64,000 bases of DNA from Eledone cirrhosa (lineage: Eukaryota). Below are positions 63,646-64,000 of the stretch, piece by piece; position 1 is the stretch's first letter; every line of letters starts with the position of its first letter. The notes beneath the pieces were generated by a model. That model had not been told where the DNA came from, ran no database searches, and was given only the letters and a program-made list of their open reading frames with translations. The position numbers were made by a program, and so were the translations under genes. The stretch lies in contig OZ024740.1 of assembly GCA_964016885.1 (NCBI GenBank), positions 208,630,001-208,694,000 on the forward strand, in the 5' to 3' direction.

Positions 63646-64000
63646 CATCCATTACATGATCTAGCAGAAGTTTTCTGCTAGCATATGTAGTGTGCATATT
63701 GGTATTATACGCAGATATATATGCATATTGATATGATGTGTAAATTGAAAAGTAAAATCTGTCCAGCAATTCTTTCCTGAGACATTCTAACCACATACCT
63801 ATAGTATCGAAGCTGTGATCTCTCAATCCATAGACATAGTGACTCTACCAGGAGTGATTCTCTGATCTCCAAGCTATGCACTTTATTGAGTAACATTACT
63901 CCCAAGACCATTCAGAGGAACCCCATTTCAGCCGCTTGTATTTGAAATTGTATTCTTTTGGTCATTACCCAAGATTCATGACCCCAATAAGGCTTGGCAG

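Overview
Eukaryotic, AT-rich, repeat-dense animal DNA. The SINE and (CAT)n-tailed RTE content resembles an octopus/coleoid cephalopod genome (inference from recognition, not a search). There is one intact host gene: a 9-coding-exon platelet-activating-factor acetylhydrolase (PAFAH2/PLA2G7 family, + strand, CDS 9798-27244, 417 aa) whose exon phases all join and whose Ser/Asp/His triad is present. The rest is mobile or repeat DNA: RTE LINEs (one family carries a PHD finger inside the RT), CRE-like fragments, tRNA-derived SINEs, mariner-type MITEs, a probable solo LTR, and micro/minisatellites. It also holds a Merlin (IS1595/ISXO2-like) transposon with ~600-bp TIRs and an 8-bp TSD, a non-autonomous derivative of it, and a rearranged ankyrin-RING-Death-domain pseudogene cluster (53.6-60.6 kb). 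The most notable items are a minimal hammerhead ribozyme in a foldback element, a twin-priming-type inverted RTE insertion, stop-containing decoy copies of a PAF-AH splice acceptor, the long-TIR Merlin, and the Death-domain tandem array. I see no CRISPR, rRNA or true tRNA genes. None of these can be shown to be a new biological system without database searches. Repeat boundaries are approximate unless a TSD or TIR is quoted.
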